Origin: Halorutilales archaeon Cl-col2-1
GTDB taxonomy: Archaea; Halobacteriota; Halobacteria; Halobacteriales; Afararchaeaceae
Assembly (NCBI GenBank): GCA_041891055.1
Contig: CP169074.1
Location: forward strand, 704,001 to 768,000
Direction: 5' to 3'
Length of the DNA stretch: 64,000 bases
Shown here: in pieces, positions 1 to 9,343 of the stretch
Numbering within the stretch: the stretch's first letter is position 1
How the letters are laid out: each line of letters starts with the position of its first letter
Notes under the pieces: generated by a model
The model's input: only the letters and a program-made list of their open reading frames with translations
What the model was told of the DNA's origin: nothing
The model's database searches: none
Translations under genes and position numbers: made by a program

Positions 1-641
1 AGATAGCGGCATTTCTCCTTCTCGGTCTCTTCGGTCCCAAGATAACGGCTATCTACCTCGTATCGGCTATAGTCGCCGCGATAGTCGGTGGAATAGTCAT
101 CGACAGCCTCGGACTCGGGCACATGGTCAAGGACGTCAAGATAACCGCGGGAGGACGTGAGATATCGACCGACGGAGGTACTGCTTCGGCTTCGTGTGCG
201 TGCTCGTCGGCGACTCAGAAGACACACAGGGAGAAGTTCGAGACTGCGGCGAGAGGCGCGGGGTCGTTCTTCAAAGACACCTTCCCGTACCTCGTCTTAG
301 GTATGGTACTCGGCGCTCTGATACACGGTGCGGTTCCGAAGTCGGTTCTTCAGGACATAGCAGGACCCGGTAACCCCCTCGCTGTACCGGTTGCCGCACT
401 CGCGGGCGCGCCGCTCTATGTCAGCATCAGCGGAATGCTCCCGATAGCCCACTCGCTGACACAGCAGGGTATTCCGATAGGAACAGTGATCGCGTTCGTG
501 ATAGGTGGAGCGGGTGTCAGTATACCCAACCTCATACTCCTCAACAAGATATTCGAGAAGAAGCTACTCGCGGTCTACGCAACGACTGTCGTGACCATCG
601 GTGTCACAGTCGGATTCGGTCTCAACTTCCTCTTCGCGTAG
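1..641 (+). CDS. Permease (DUF318/ArsP-like), 5'-truncated by window edge
   Basis: Frame is open from the window start (IAAFLLLGLFGPK...); multiple TM segments, GAPLY and GAGVSIPNL motifs. Confidence 0.8.
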   Translation, partial: IAAFLLLGLFGPKITAIYLVSAIVAAIVGGIVIDSLGLGHMVKDVKITAGGREISTDGGTASASCACSSATQKTHREKFETAARGAGSFFKDTFPYLVLGMVLGALIHGAVPKSVLQDIAGPGNPLAVPVAALAGAPLYVSISGMLPIAHSLTQQGIPIGTVIAFVIGGAGVSIPNLILLNKIFEKKLLAVYATTVVTIGVTVGFGLNFLFA

Positions 642-710
642 AGATACTTTTCGTTTCCTCTCAACGACAGCCATAAACGGTTCTGGGGAGTAGAAGACGT
701 AAGAACACAG

Positions 711-1793
711 ATGTCGGGCAACATAGACACAGGTACACACAGCCACGTCGACGGCGGAGACGAGGACGGCGTCGTCGAGGCTCTCAACGAGTCGATGCGT
801 TCGATAAGAAGCGAGAAGGAGAGGGACGCCAACCCCGACGAGCCGATACGTGTCTGGATAGACGAGGACAGAACACCCGACGGCGTCGGTAAGTCACTCA
901 CTATAGTCTTCAACACAGACGGCTGCCGGTGGGCACGTGCGGGCGGATGTACGATGTGTGGCTACGTCGGAGAGTCGAACCAGGGTGCCGTAACTGCCGA
1001 CTCTCTCCTCAACCAGCTTGAGAAGGCACTCGAACACGAGGAGAACGAGCGGGTGAGATGTGACAACGTCAAGATGTACACGAGCGGTACCTTCTTCGAC
1101 GAGCGTGAGGTGCCGCTTGAGGCACGTAACGCGATACTAGATGAGTTCTCAGACAGACATGTCGTCGTCGAGAGTCTCCCCGACTTCGTCGAGAAAGACG
1201 TCATAGAGGACGCCGCCGAGAGGGTGCGTGACCTCGATGTGGCGATAGGACTTGAGACCGCCGACGACCAGATACGCAGAGAATGTGTCAACAAGTACTT
1301 CGACTTCGACGAGTTCGTACGTGCGTCCGAGGCGGCACAAGAAGCCGGTGCTGGCGTCAAGACCTACCTACTGATGAAGCCCCCGTTCGTGACCGAGAAG
1401 GAGGCTGTCGACGACATGGTCTACTCGATACGTAAGGCGGCGGAGTACTCCCATACTGTCTCGATGAACCCGTCTAATGTACAGAGGTACACACTCGTCG
1501 ACAAGCTCCATTACAGGGACGGCTACCGCCCACCGTGGCTCTGGAGCGTAGTCGAAGCCTTAGAAAGGACGAGCGACGTCCCCGCGATAGTAGTGAGTGA
1601 CCCCGTGGGATCGGGCGGCGACAGGGGTGCCCACAACTGCGGAGACTGTGACGACAAGGTTGCCTCGGCGATCAAGGACTACTCGCTCAGAGGGGACGAG
1701 TCGGTATTCGACGAGATCTACTGCGGCTGTAAGGAACAGTGGAGAGAAGTGATGGAGAGGGAGAAGCCGTGGAACATGCCGCTGACTGACTGA
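711..1793 (+). CDS. raSEA: Archaeosine biosynthesis radical SAM protein RaSEA (TIGR01210-like)
   Basis: GCRWARAGGCTMC Cys motif, GLET, YLLMKPPF, YRPPWLWS and GAHNC motifs. Confidence 0.85.
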   Translation: MSGNIDTGTHSHVDGGDEDGVVEALNESMRSIRSEKERDANPDEPIRVWIDEDRTPDGVGKSLTIVFNTDGCRWARAGGCTMCGYVGESNQGAVTADSLLNQLEKALEHEENERVRCDNVKMYTSGTFFDEREVPLEARNAILDEFSDRHVVVESLPDFVEKDVIEDAAERVRDLDVAIGLETADDQIRRECVNKYFDFDEFVRASEAAQEAGAGVKTYLLMKPPFVTEKEAVDDMVYSIRKAAEYSHTVSMNPSNVQRYTLVDKLHYRDGYRPPWLWSVVEALERTSDVPAIVVSDPVGSGGDRGAHNCGDCDDKVASAIKDYSLRGDESVFDEIYCGCKEQWREVMEREKPWNMPLTD

Positions 1794-1814
1794 AACTCAT
1801 CCTCTTACTCGTCA

Positions 1815-2288
1815 CTACTCTATCAGAACCGCGGCAGCTACCGTCGTAGTATGTCCGTCGGGTGTCCCCGTCGCCGACGCCGTGTACTCGAACGCCTCTC
1901 TCGCCATAGTCTTGTGACTCAGAAGCTCGACAGCGAGATCCTTCGCCTTCTCACCGTTGTTCTCAGCCTTTTCACCCATGTTCGACAGCTCTATGAGGTA
2001 GCCGTGTCCCTCATTTCCCCGCGCCGCTCCGACAGACGCGGCTATCTGTTCGCCCTCGTCGTCGGTAGAGCACCTGCTGAGTACTGCGTGGACTACGCTA
2101 CCGTCGGGAATCTCGTCGACAGCCTCCTCGGCGTCGGTTATCTCGGCGTCGGGCGGGAGTATACTCGATACTGTGGCTATGTTGTACGGCTCTATGCTCG
2201 CGTCACGCAGAGCCATCTCGAAGCTTCCTATCTCAGTCGAGTGTCGACCGACACCCGTCGTGAAGAAGACCTTAGACGGTAGATACAT
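1815..2288 (-). CDS. pdaD: Pyruvoyl-dependent arginine decarboxylase
   Basis: SFEMALRDA..YNIATVSSILP self-cleavage motif; 157 aa. Confidence 0.85.
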   Translation of the reverse strand: MYLPSKVFFTTGVGRHSTEIGSFEMALRDASIEPYNIATVSSILPPDAEITDAEEAVDEIPDGSVVHAVLSRCSTDDEGEQIAASVGAARGNEGHGYLIELSNMGEKAENNGEKAKDLAVELLSHKTMAREAFEYTASATGTPDGHTTTVAAAVLIE

Positions 2289-2425
2289 TGAGGAGTATTA
2301 CTGCCTAAGTCGCCAAAAGGATGTCTTTTTAGGTACCGCATCAACCGCGTAATATGGACAAGACTGTACAGCATTCGCCGCCATGCTTTTACATCTACGG
2401 ACACGATACCTTATTTGGTGGTTCT

Positions 2426-2764
2426 ATGAAAACCATAACCGCGGATGAACTCGAAGACCTGAAGGAAAGCGGCGAGGAGTTCGTCCTCGTCGACGTGCTC
2501 GGGGAAGACCATTTCGAGGAGGAGCACATACCGGGTGCCCTAAACATACCCCTCGAACGTATAGCGAGCGAAGCACTTTCGAGGTTCGACAAGGACGAGA
2601 AGATAGTCGTCTACTGTGCCGACGACGAGTGCTCGGCGAGTCCGAAGGCGGCTGAGAAGCTCGAAGACCTCGGATTCGAGAACGTGATCGACTTCGAGGC
2701 GGGAGTCGACGGATGGAAGAAGTCAGGGCACGAGGTCGAGTCGGGGATGAAGACCGAGGTGTGA
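2426..2764 (+). CDS. Rhodanese-like domain protein
   Basis: VDV...HIPGALNIP, VVYC, GVDGW motifs; start set at MKTITADEL. Confidence 0.85.
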   Translation: MKTITADELEDLKESGEEFVLVDVLGEDHFEEEHIPGALNIPLERIASEALSRFDKDEKIVVYCADDECSASPKAAEKLEDLGFENVIDFEAGVDGWKKSGHEVESGMKTEV

Positions 2765-2794
2765 GATGTAACTGTCTCTCTTCCGTGTCCCGTA

Positions 2795-3820
2795 TCAGAC
2801 CCAGTCGACCACGCTGTTTATATTTAGGGACGTGAAGCCGTCGAGGTACGCACGAGTGTGTGAGTCCCTGTCAGGAAGTGTTCGGAAGACGACAGACGGC
2901 TTGTGACTCAGAGACGGCTTAGATTCGACCACGGATTCCCAGTCGTCGTCACCGAAGTTCGAACAGTCGACAAAGAGGACTGCGTCGTGGTCTCTTAGCT
3001 GTCCGTTCGATTTCGCGTCTACTGTCTCGTGTACAGCCTCGACGGGGCAGTTCGCCGACCGTCTGTCGGGGGGAAGTGGACGTGTGACCTCGATCAGAAG
3101 AGGGTCGTCTCGAACTCCATCCGAACTTTCGGCGTGGAAGTCGAGGCTGTGTCCCGTGTCGACGTCTATCTCGGGTGTGATTTCGTAGCCTGCTTCGGTG
3201 AGAATCCGTGCTGTGGTGAACTCCGACATCGCCGACGCCATCCTCGTGAGGTCGAGTTCGGAGCTAGTTCCAACTTTGGTCGACATCTCGTACCTGTGGT
3301 CGTCGAGAATACCCGTCGAGAGGAACTCCTCGTAGAACGAAGCCGCGTCATCGTGTGTTGCGTCGGGAAATCCCGCGGCGTTTTCCCGGAAGAAGTCGGG
3401 TACGGTCTTCCTGCCGTCCTTCGAGAGGAGAACCGGGAGGAAGAACCACGAGAGGTAGGGATACGACGAAATCCACGGCATACGTTCCTCGATTTCGCCG
3501 AGGAGTTCTCTCTGTGCTCCCCTCGAGATACCGTACGGTACAGCATCGTGCCCAAATCTGTACTTGTCGGTGTCCCAGAGTACCTCGGGAGTCTGGGTGT
3601 TTCCGAGCCAGTAACCCTCTCTCGCGTCGTTCTTCCAAGCGAAGAGGGCTATGTCGCCGTTGTCCATCTCGAACCTGCACGACGAGTAGGCTTCGGGGAC
3701 ATCGAAGCCGCCTGTTATACGTGCTCCTATCTTAGAGTCGAGAGGCTTGAGAAGCGACTCCTCGACCCGTTTTCGGCTCCAGTTTTGTCTCGAACGTCTG
3801 AAACGCAAAGGACCTGCCAC
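2795..3820 (-). CDS. Conserved haloarchaeal hypothetical protein (DUF5784-like)
   Basis: MAGPLRFRRS N-terminus, YWLGNTQTP, LIEVTRP motifs recalled from a haloarchaeal family. Confidence 0.6.
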   Translation of the reverse strand: MAGPLRFRRSRQNWSRKRVEESLLKPLDSKIGARITGGFDVPEAYSSCRFEMDNGDIALFAWKNDAREGYWLGNTQTPEVLWDTDKYRFGHDAVPYGISRGAQRELLGEIEERMPWISSYPYLSWFFLPVLLSKDGRKTVPDFFRENAAGFPDATHDDAASFYEEFLSTGILDDHRYEMSTKVGTSSELDLTRMASAMSEFTTARILTEAGYEITPEIDVDTGHSLDFHAESSDGVRDDPLLIEVTRPLPPDRRSANCPVEAVHETVDAKSNGQLRDHDAVLFVDCSNFGDDDWESVVESKPSLSHKPSVVFRTLPDRDSHTRAYLDGFTSLNINSVVDWV

Positions 3821-3860
3821 TACTTGAGTTATGTCGCCGAGGTGCTTAGGTCTTCTGCCC

Positions 3861-4388
3861 CTATTCCTGTGAGACGAGGAGACCCAGATACGACGTGGTT
3901 ATCGAGTCCCCGGGATCGAGTCCGACTTCCTCTAAGACGTCTTTGACTCCGTCACGTGCGTCGTCTAGACTCGCTTCGTCGGCTTCTCTCTCGACTTCGA
4001 CGAACTCCCCGACACCGTCTACGTCGTCGAGAAGGACGTGGTAGCCGTCGAGTTCATAGACCTCTCTTTCTTTTCTGACAGTCTCGAACTCCTCGAAGCC
4101 GAGCGAGGTGAGTACGGAGTCCATAGTGTCGTCGTCTCCGACTTCAAGCTCGAACTCCTCACGTGACTTCGTCTGGGTGTCGAGCTTAGGACCCTTGTAG
4201 GTCAGACGTGTCTCGCTGTCGAGTCTTCTTATGCGTAACGCCTCGTCAGTCTCTGCGAAGTCCCTATGGGGTGCCGAGTAGTAGGTATCGACCTGAGTCT
4301 TCGAACCGTGTCTCTCGGCTCCGATCTCTTCGAGTCTCTGTCTGACCTCGTCTATGTCGGCACGTACCTTAACTTCGACCTCAATCAT
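3861..4388 (-). CDS. cyaB: CYTH-domain protein / class IV adenylate cyclase
   Basis: EVEVK signature, QVDTYY, LRIR, LTYKGP, EFVEVE. Confidence 0.85.
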   Translation of the reverse strand: MIEVEVKVRADIDEVRQRLEEIGAERHGSKTQVDTYYSAPHRDFAETDEALRIRRLDSETRLTYKGPKLDTQTKSREEFELEVGDDDTMDSVLTSLGFEEFETVRKEREVYELDGYHVLLDDVDGVGEFVEVEREADEASLDDARDGVKDVLEEVGLDPGDSITTSYLGLLVSQE

Positions 4389-4433
4389 ACGTGAGAGTGG
4401 CGTGACTGAGGCATACAGCTTACGGTGGCTGTC

Positions 4434-4664
4434 TCACTCGAGGGCTATGGGAAGAAAGACACCGACTACGAAGACAGAGACGAACGCAAGGAGTATACCG
4501 AGACCCATCATGTCGGTGAGAAGTACGTCCTCCCAGTCGGGAAGTCCTCCGAGGACGGCGTTTCCGGCTGTCTCTCCGACGGCTCCTACCACGAACATGC
4601 CGACGCCTGTTACGAACCCGAGCTTCGCAGTACGTGCGTAGTCTATTCTCGCACCCGATGCCAT
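4434..4664 (-). CDS. Small 2-TM membrane protein
   Basis: Two hydrophobic helices; DYARTAK start typical of a haloarchaeal family. Confidence 0.6.
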   Translation of the reverse strand: MASGARIDYARTAKLGFVTGVGMFVVGAVGETAGNAVLGGLPDWEDVLLTDMMGLGILLAFVSVFVVGVFLPIALE

Positions 4665-4747
4665 GTCTAACGACGCAGAACGCCACCTATTATTAGCTTC
4701 GGTCTCACGGTCTCAGACGGAGTCCTCTGAGAAGCTGTCGTGTCGGA

Positions 4748-5593
4748 TCAGAGCAAGTCTGCGATCAGACTCGCTACAGAGACGGAGTCAAGACCCGACT
4801 TGAGTGTGTCAGTAGTTACGACCTCTTCTACGCCCGCGGAGTAGAGTCTCAGAACGGCGTTCTTCGCGAAGACAGGATGGACACACGCCGCGTAGACCTT
4901 CTCGGCACCCTGTTCTTCGAGAAGTTCGACGGCGGTACTCATAGTGCCACCCGTGGCTACCATGTCGTCGACTATCACGACTTCTCTCCCTTCGACAGAG
5001 AGCTCCTTGGGCTGTATCTCGACCTGATCGCCCGAGATACGTGTCTTCTCTAGGTAGTCGACCTCACCACCGAGAACCGACTGTGCCGACTCGGCGAGTT
5101 CTATCGCGCCGGCATCGGGCGAGAGGACGATTGGAGAGTCCGACTCGACGATGTCTTCCAGCTTTTCTCCGAGAACCGACACTGCATCAAGGTTTTGGGT
5201 CTCAGCGTCGAACCAGTCGAGTACAGAAGGCTCGTGTACGTTGACTGTGGTGACCGAGTCGACACCGTCCGAGACTGCACGTCCGAGTGCCCTCGCGGTG
5301 ACAGGCTCGCCCTCCTCGAACTTCTTGTCCTGTCTCGCGTATCCCATGTATGGCATCACTACGTCTACCCTCTCGGCGTCGGAGCACGCGTCTATGGTCT
5401 GAAGGAGCTCTATATACGTCTCGTCAGTAGGTGTACTCGCGACTACTACGGCTCTACTGTCCTCTATACCCGGGACTCTCACGAGACTCTCGCCGTCAGG
5501 GAACCTCTCGTACTCGACTTCTACGAGATCGTCTCCCGACTCGTGGGCGACACGTGCGGCGAGTGCCTGTGACTCCGAACCTGCTACTATCAT
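4748..5593 (-). CDS. prs: Ribose-phosphate pyrophosphokinase
   Basis: FPDGE, PYMGYARQDK, SPDAGA, IVDDMVATGGT PRPP motif. Confidence 0.95.
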   Translation of the reverse strand: MIVAGSESQALAARVAHESGDDLVEVEYERFPDGESLVRVPGIEDSRAVVVASTPTDETYIELLQTIDACSDAERVDVVMPYMGYARQDKKFEEGEPVTARALGRAVSDGVDSVTTVNVHEPSVLDWFDAETQNLDAVSVLGEKLEDIVESDSPIVLSPDAGAIELAESAQSVLGGEVDYLEKTRISGDQVEIQPKELSVEGREVVIVDDMVATGGTMSTAVELLEEQGAEKVYAACVHPVFAKNAVLRLYSAGVEEVVTTDTLKSGLDSVSVASLIADLL

Positions 5594-5649
5594 TAGATAC
5601 CAAATCGTGAGAGCCGGCTTTAAGCATCACGGTATCCGGTGTCGCTTTC

Positions 5650-6432
5650 TCAGACACCAATCTCCATCTCGACCCTGTCGCCCGACGACAGACCGAACTC
5701 GTCGCTCCCGCTTCCGTGGTTGACGCTGATCTCGAAGTTGCCGTGGCTTCCGACAGTACAGACGGGCTCTCCATCGCCGACTCCGGCGTATGTTCTCTCG
5801 AACGCAACACGACGTCCGTCGACCTCGATATAAGAGCCGTATCCCACCTCTTCGACCATCTCGTCGCCGTCGAGGTTAGTGACTACGTTTCCGAAGCTGT
5901 CGACGTAGACGACCTCGGCGGTAGTACTGCCGTCCTCAAGCCTCGCAGTCTCCCAGTCGAGGTCTACGTAGCCGTCTATCTCGTTCTCATCTGCGAACTC
6001 GAACTCTCCCTCAGCGACATCGGCAGCCGCAGGCGCGAAGACGTCTCTTCCGTGGAAGGTGTTTGACTCGGTTTTGGCGTCCTCGTAGACGTAGTCGTAG
6101 ACTGTCGGCTCGCCGAGACGTCTCATAGCCCTCAGAAGGACGCCGTTGTCGGGACCTACGAAGTACTGACCTCCCGACTCGCCGACGACGGCGCGTCTGT
6201 CGGTTCCGACTCCGGGATCGACTACGACACAGTGAACGGTTCCGTCGGGGAAGTAGGCTGCGACATTCGAGAGTATGAAAGACGCCGCACGTACATCCTG
6301 AGGAGGTACCGAGTGGTAGATGTCTACGAGACTTGTACGTGCGTCGGTGCGTGACGACAGAACGCCTTTCATCGCCGAGACATAGAAGTCGTCGAAGTCC
6401 GTGAGGAGCGTGACCACGTCGGTGTCTGTCAT
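5650..6432 (-). CDS. SAM hydroxide adenosyltransferase (DUF62 / chlorinase-like)
   Basis: LLTDF, VVDPGVG, GPDNG, TFHGRDVFAP, DSFGN motifs. Confidence 0.9.
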   Translation of the reverse strand: MTDTDVVTLLTDFDDFYVSAMKGVLSSRTDARTSLVDIYHSVPPQDVRAASFILSNVAAYFPDGTVHCVVVDPGVGTDRRAVVGESGGQYFVGPDNGVLLRAMRRLGEPTVYDYVYEDAKTESNTFHGRDVFAPAAADVAEGEFEFADENEIDGYVDLDWETARLEDGSTTAEVVYVDSFGNVVTNLDGDEMVEEVGYGSYIEVDGRRVAFERTYAGVGDGEPVCTVGSHGNFEISVNHGSGSDEFGLSSGDRVEMEIGV

Positions 6433-6492
6433 CGGAGTCGTTTGGTCTTCGGGAGCCAAAAGGCTTGACTTTGTGGCTGCGCGAGTCGTAGT

Positions 6493-7254
6493 ATGGCAAG
6501 TCTCACGGAGATAGGCGAGGCTCTCGAGGATCTTCTGGCGAACGACGACTGGGCAGGGATCGACGCCTCGGTCAACGGGATACAGGTCGAGAACTCGGGA
6601 GAGGTAGAGAAAGCGGCGTTTGCGGTCGACGCATGTGTGGAGACTATCGACGAAGCGGCTTCGAGGGACGCCGACCTACTCGTCGTCCACCACGGGATAG
6701 TCTGGGGAAGCATAGAGAGACTCACGGGACAGAGCTACGACAGGTTCAGAAGACTCGTCGAGAACGACATCGCCCTCTACGTCTCACATCTACCACTCGA
6801 CGCCCACGGGGAGATCGGAAACAACGCAGTCCTCATACGCGAACTCGGAGGCTCTCCCGACGAGATATTTGGGGAAATAGGAGGACGCGATGTGGGTTAC
6901 GTCGGCGAACTCGACGAAGGAGTGGGATTCGAAGAGTTCGTCGAGAGGGTCGAGTCTGTTACGGGATTCGATCCCGACGTACTCGGATTCGGAGACGACG
7001 AGGTTGAGAAGGTCGCCGTCCTCACGGGTGCAGGAGGCGGACACATAGACGAGGCGGCGGATGTCGACGCAGACGTCTTCGTCTCGGGCGAGCCCAAACA
7101 CAGAGCCTACCACGACGCCAAGGAACACGGAGTCAACGCCGTCTTCGCGGGACATTACCACACTGAGACATTCGGTGTGCGCGAGCTACAGAGAGTAGTC
7201 GAGGAAGAGTTCGGAGTCGCCACGGCGTTTATAGACGCTCCGACCTCGGTCTGA
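6493..7254 (+). CDS. Nif3-like dinuclear metal center protein
   Basis: NGIQV, VHHG, HLPLDAH, GNN, GHYHTE motifs. Confidence 0.9.
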   Translation: MASLTEIGEALEDLLANDDWAGIDASVNGIQVENSGEVEKAAFAVDACVETIDEAASRDADLLVVHHGIVWGSIERLTGQSYDRFRRLVENDIALYVSHLPLDAHGEIGNNAVLIRELGGSPDEIFGEIGGRDVGYVGELDEGVGFEEFVERVESVTGFDPDVLGFGDDEVEKVAVLTGAGGGHIDEAADVDADVFVSGEPKHRAYHDAKEHGVNAVFAGHYHTETFGVRELQRVVEEEFGVATAFIDAPTSV

Positions 7255-7265
7255 ACCACCCTTCC

Positions 7266-7272
7266 TTTATAT
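7266..7272 (+). promoter_or_regulatory. TATA box of the box C/D RNA gene
   Basis: TTTATAT about 25 nt upstream of the GAGGCC 5' stem arm. Confidence 0.55.
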
Positions 7273-7293
7273 CTTAGCGGGCATAGAAAGACC

Positions 7294-7355
7294 GAGGCCG
7301 ATGACGAGACTCAGGACTGAACAGGAGGATGATGAACCCTATGAGTGCCGAGGCC
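7294..7355 (+). ncRNA. Box C/D guide sRNA, sR-tMet-like (guides Cm34 of intron-containing elongator pre-tRNA-Met)
   Basis: C box ATGACGA 7301-7307, D' CTGA 7317-7320, C' ATGATGA 7329-7335, D-like CCGA 7348-7351, terminal GGCC stem. D guide ACCCTATGAGTG is complementary to CACUCAUAGGGU; the N+5 rule points at the C of the CAU anticodon. Confidence 0.85.
7340..7353 (+). repeat. att site copy 1 (attL, inside the sRNA)
   Basis: TATGAGTGCCGAGG, identical to 13354-13367. Confidence 0.85.
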
Positions 7356-7813
7356 GACAACTATAGGACCAGCATTCGTCCTATAACTTCCAGAATGTGA
7401 CTTATAGTCGATATAATGCCAAATCCATAATTATCCAACTCACACAGCCACTGGTTGATATTGGTTGGAGATTAGAGACCGAACGACGAACAGCATAACA
7501 TTCAAGTCACGACCGAACTATCTGAATTAATATAGAGAGTTATGGTTGGTTCTTTGCGAGAAGTGCTCAGCGAGAACGAACCAGATACTCTAATAGCTAA
7601 ATTTTTATTCTTGCTAGTTTCTATATTTTCGTTACATAGCGCAGTTACAATCACAGTCTGGTGGCAGTCACTACCATTCTTTACGTTAGTTTTGATATGT
7701 GGACTACTGATCAGTGGGGGGTACGAGGATATCAAATTCACAGTGGTGAGGTTAGTTGGTATGGAGGTCACTAATTCTCAAGAAATCCGTACTACTAAAG
7801 AAGTCCAAGACCT

Positions 7814-9216
7814 CATTCGTCTTCACTTAACGGCGTAATCGAAGGATAGCAGTCGCTTATCGTGGCTCCTTTCCGAGAGGAGTGAGGAGGCGAGTCTGTG
7901 CAAGACAATGCCTCCTCACGACGAATTGAACGTCGGCTTACTACTCTTTTTCCGTCCGAGATGCTGGACGACCACGCCGAGGAGGTCGGCGTGGTCGAAC
8001 GTGACCGGGATCTCCAGATGCCTCCGCTGGTCTGGTCGCTTGTTCTCGGCTTTACTGCTGGTGAAAGCCGGTCGCTCGCTGATTTTCGACGCAGTTACAA
8101 CGCAACCGCCGATGACCCACTCTGTCCAAGTGGCTTCTATCAACGGCTGACGCCGACACTGGCGGAGTACCTGCGCGACCTCGTCGAGCGCGGTCTCGAC
8201 GAGGTCGCTGTCCCTCACACTGTCAGCGACGAGTTCAACCGATTTCGGGACATTATGAGTGCTGACGGCACTGTGCTTCGGTTACACGAGTTCCTTGCCG
8301 ATGCGTACGAAGGCCGCAAGGAGGAGCAGGCTGGAGCACGGCTCCACCTGCTCCACAACATCACCGAGCAAACTATCGACGACTACACGATCACCGACGA
8401 GAAAGACCACGACAGCACACAGTTTGACACCGGCCCGTGGCTCGAAGATCGGTTGGTGCTGTTCGATCAGGCCTACTTCAAGTACCGCCGATTTGCGCTG
8501 ATCGATGAGAACGACGGCTACTTCGTGAGTCGGCTGAAACCCGACGCAAACCCGGAGATCGTCGAGGAATTACGGGAATGGCGTGGCGACGCCATTCCCT
8601 TGGACGGCAAGCAGATTCACGATGTGGTCGATGATCTGTACCGCCAGCACATCGACGTAACGGTCGAAGCGGAGTTCAAACGCGGGCCGTACAACGGGAC
8701 ACGGTCGCTGGATACGAAGCGGTTCCGCGTCGTCGGCGTCCGCAACGAGGACGCCGACGACTACCACCTATATATCACGAATCTGCCTCAAGAAGAGTTC
8801 ACTTCTGAGGATGTAGCAACGGTATATCGGTGTCGGTGGGAAGCTGAGTTGCTGTTTCGGGAGTTAAAGACGCAGTACGAGCTGGATGAGTTCAACACGA
8901 GCAAAGAGCACGTGGTAGAGATTCTGGTGTACGCGGCACTGTTGTCGTTGCTGGTGAGCCGTGTGTTGCTTGATCTGGTCACGGAACACGCCGATAAGGA
9001 TATCGTGTTTCCGCCAGAGCGCTGGGCGGCGACCTTCCGGTCGCACGCCCAGCTTCTCCTGCATCGACTTGGTGAGTACCTCGGCTACTCACCACCGCCG
9101 CTGCTTGATCGGCTCATCGCTGAAGGACAGAAAATCCATCAGGAACGCCAAATCCTACAGGAAAAGCTCGCTACTGTCACGCAACCGACGGTGGAGGCCT
9201 AAACTGAAGACGAATG
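7814..9216 (+). mobile_element. IS4-family ISH8-like insertion sequence (1403 bp)
   Basis: TIRs CATTCGTCTTCA.../...TGAAGACGAATG; 11-bp TSD GTCCAAGACCT at 7803-7813 and 9217-9227. Confidence 0.95.
7898..9202 (+). CDS. IS4-family (ISH8-type) DDE transposase
   Basis: ADGT, FDQAY, YRCRWEAELLFRELK (YREK-like) motifs; intact 434 aa. Confidence 0.92.
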   Translation: MQDNASSRRIERRLTTLFPSEMLDDHAEEVGVVERDRDLQMPPLVWSLVLGFTAGESRSLADFRRSYNATADDPLCPSGFYQRLTPTLAEYLRDLVERGLDEVAVPHTVSDEFNRFRDIMSADGTVLRLHEFLADAYEGRKEEQAGARLHLLHNITEQTIDDYTITDEKDHDSTQFDTGPWLEDRLVLFDQAYFKYRRFALIDENDGYFVSRLKPDANPEIVEELREWRGDAIPLDGKQIHDVVDDLYRQHIDVTVEAEFKRGPYNGTRSLDTKRFRVVGVRNEDADDYHLYITNLPQEEFTSEDVATVYRCRWEAELLFRELKTQYELDEFNTSKEHVVEILVYAALLSLLVSRVLLDLVTEHADKDIVFPPERWAATFRSHAQLLLHRLGEYLGYSPPPLLDRLIAEGQKIHQERQILQEKLATVTQPTVEA

Positions 9217-9343
9217 GTCCAAGACCTATTGAGCGATATCGACACACGTGACTTGGCAAAAATGGATGTGAATGAAGCGGAAGGGAAATTCCAATTCCAG
9301 TTTGATCGGGAGTAAAATATGATACAAGACAAAACCCAGAAAC

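Larger units (their letters stand above)
7542..9315 (+). pseudogene. 2-TM membrane protein gene (~119 aa) interrupted by ISH8-like IS
   Basis: Removing the IS plus one TSD restores ...KEVQDL-LSDIDTRDLAKMDVNEAEGKFQFQFDRE* ending at 9315. Confidence 0.7.

Noticed and set aside
3029-3946. Long plus-strand ORF (305 aa)
   Set aside because: Antisense shadow of the 2795-3820 gene; Arg/Val-rich and non-acidic, typical of GC-rich codon bias.
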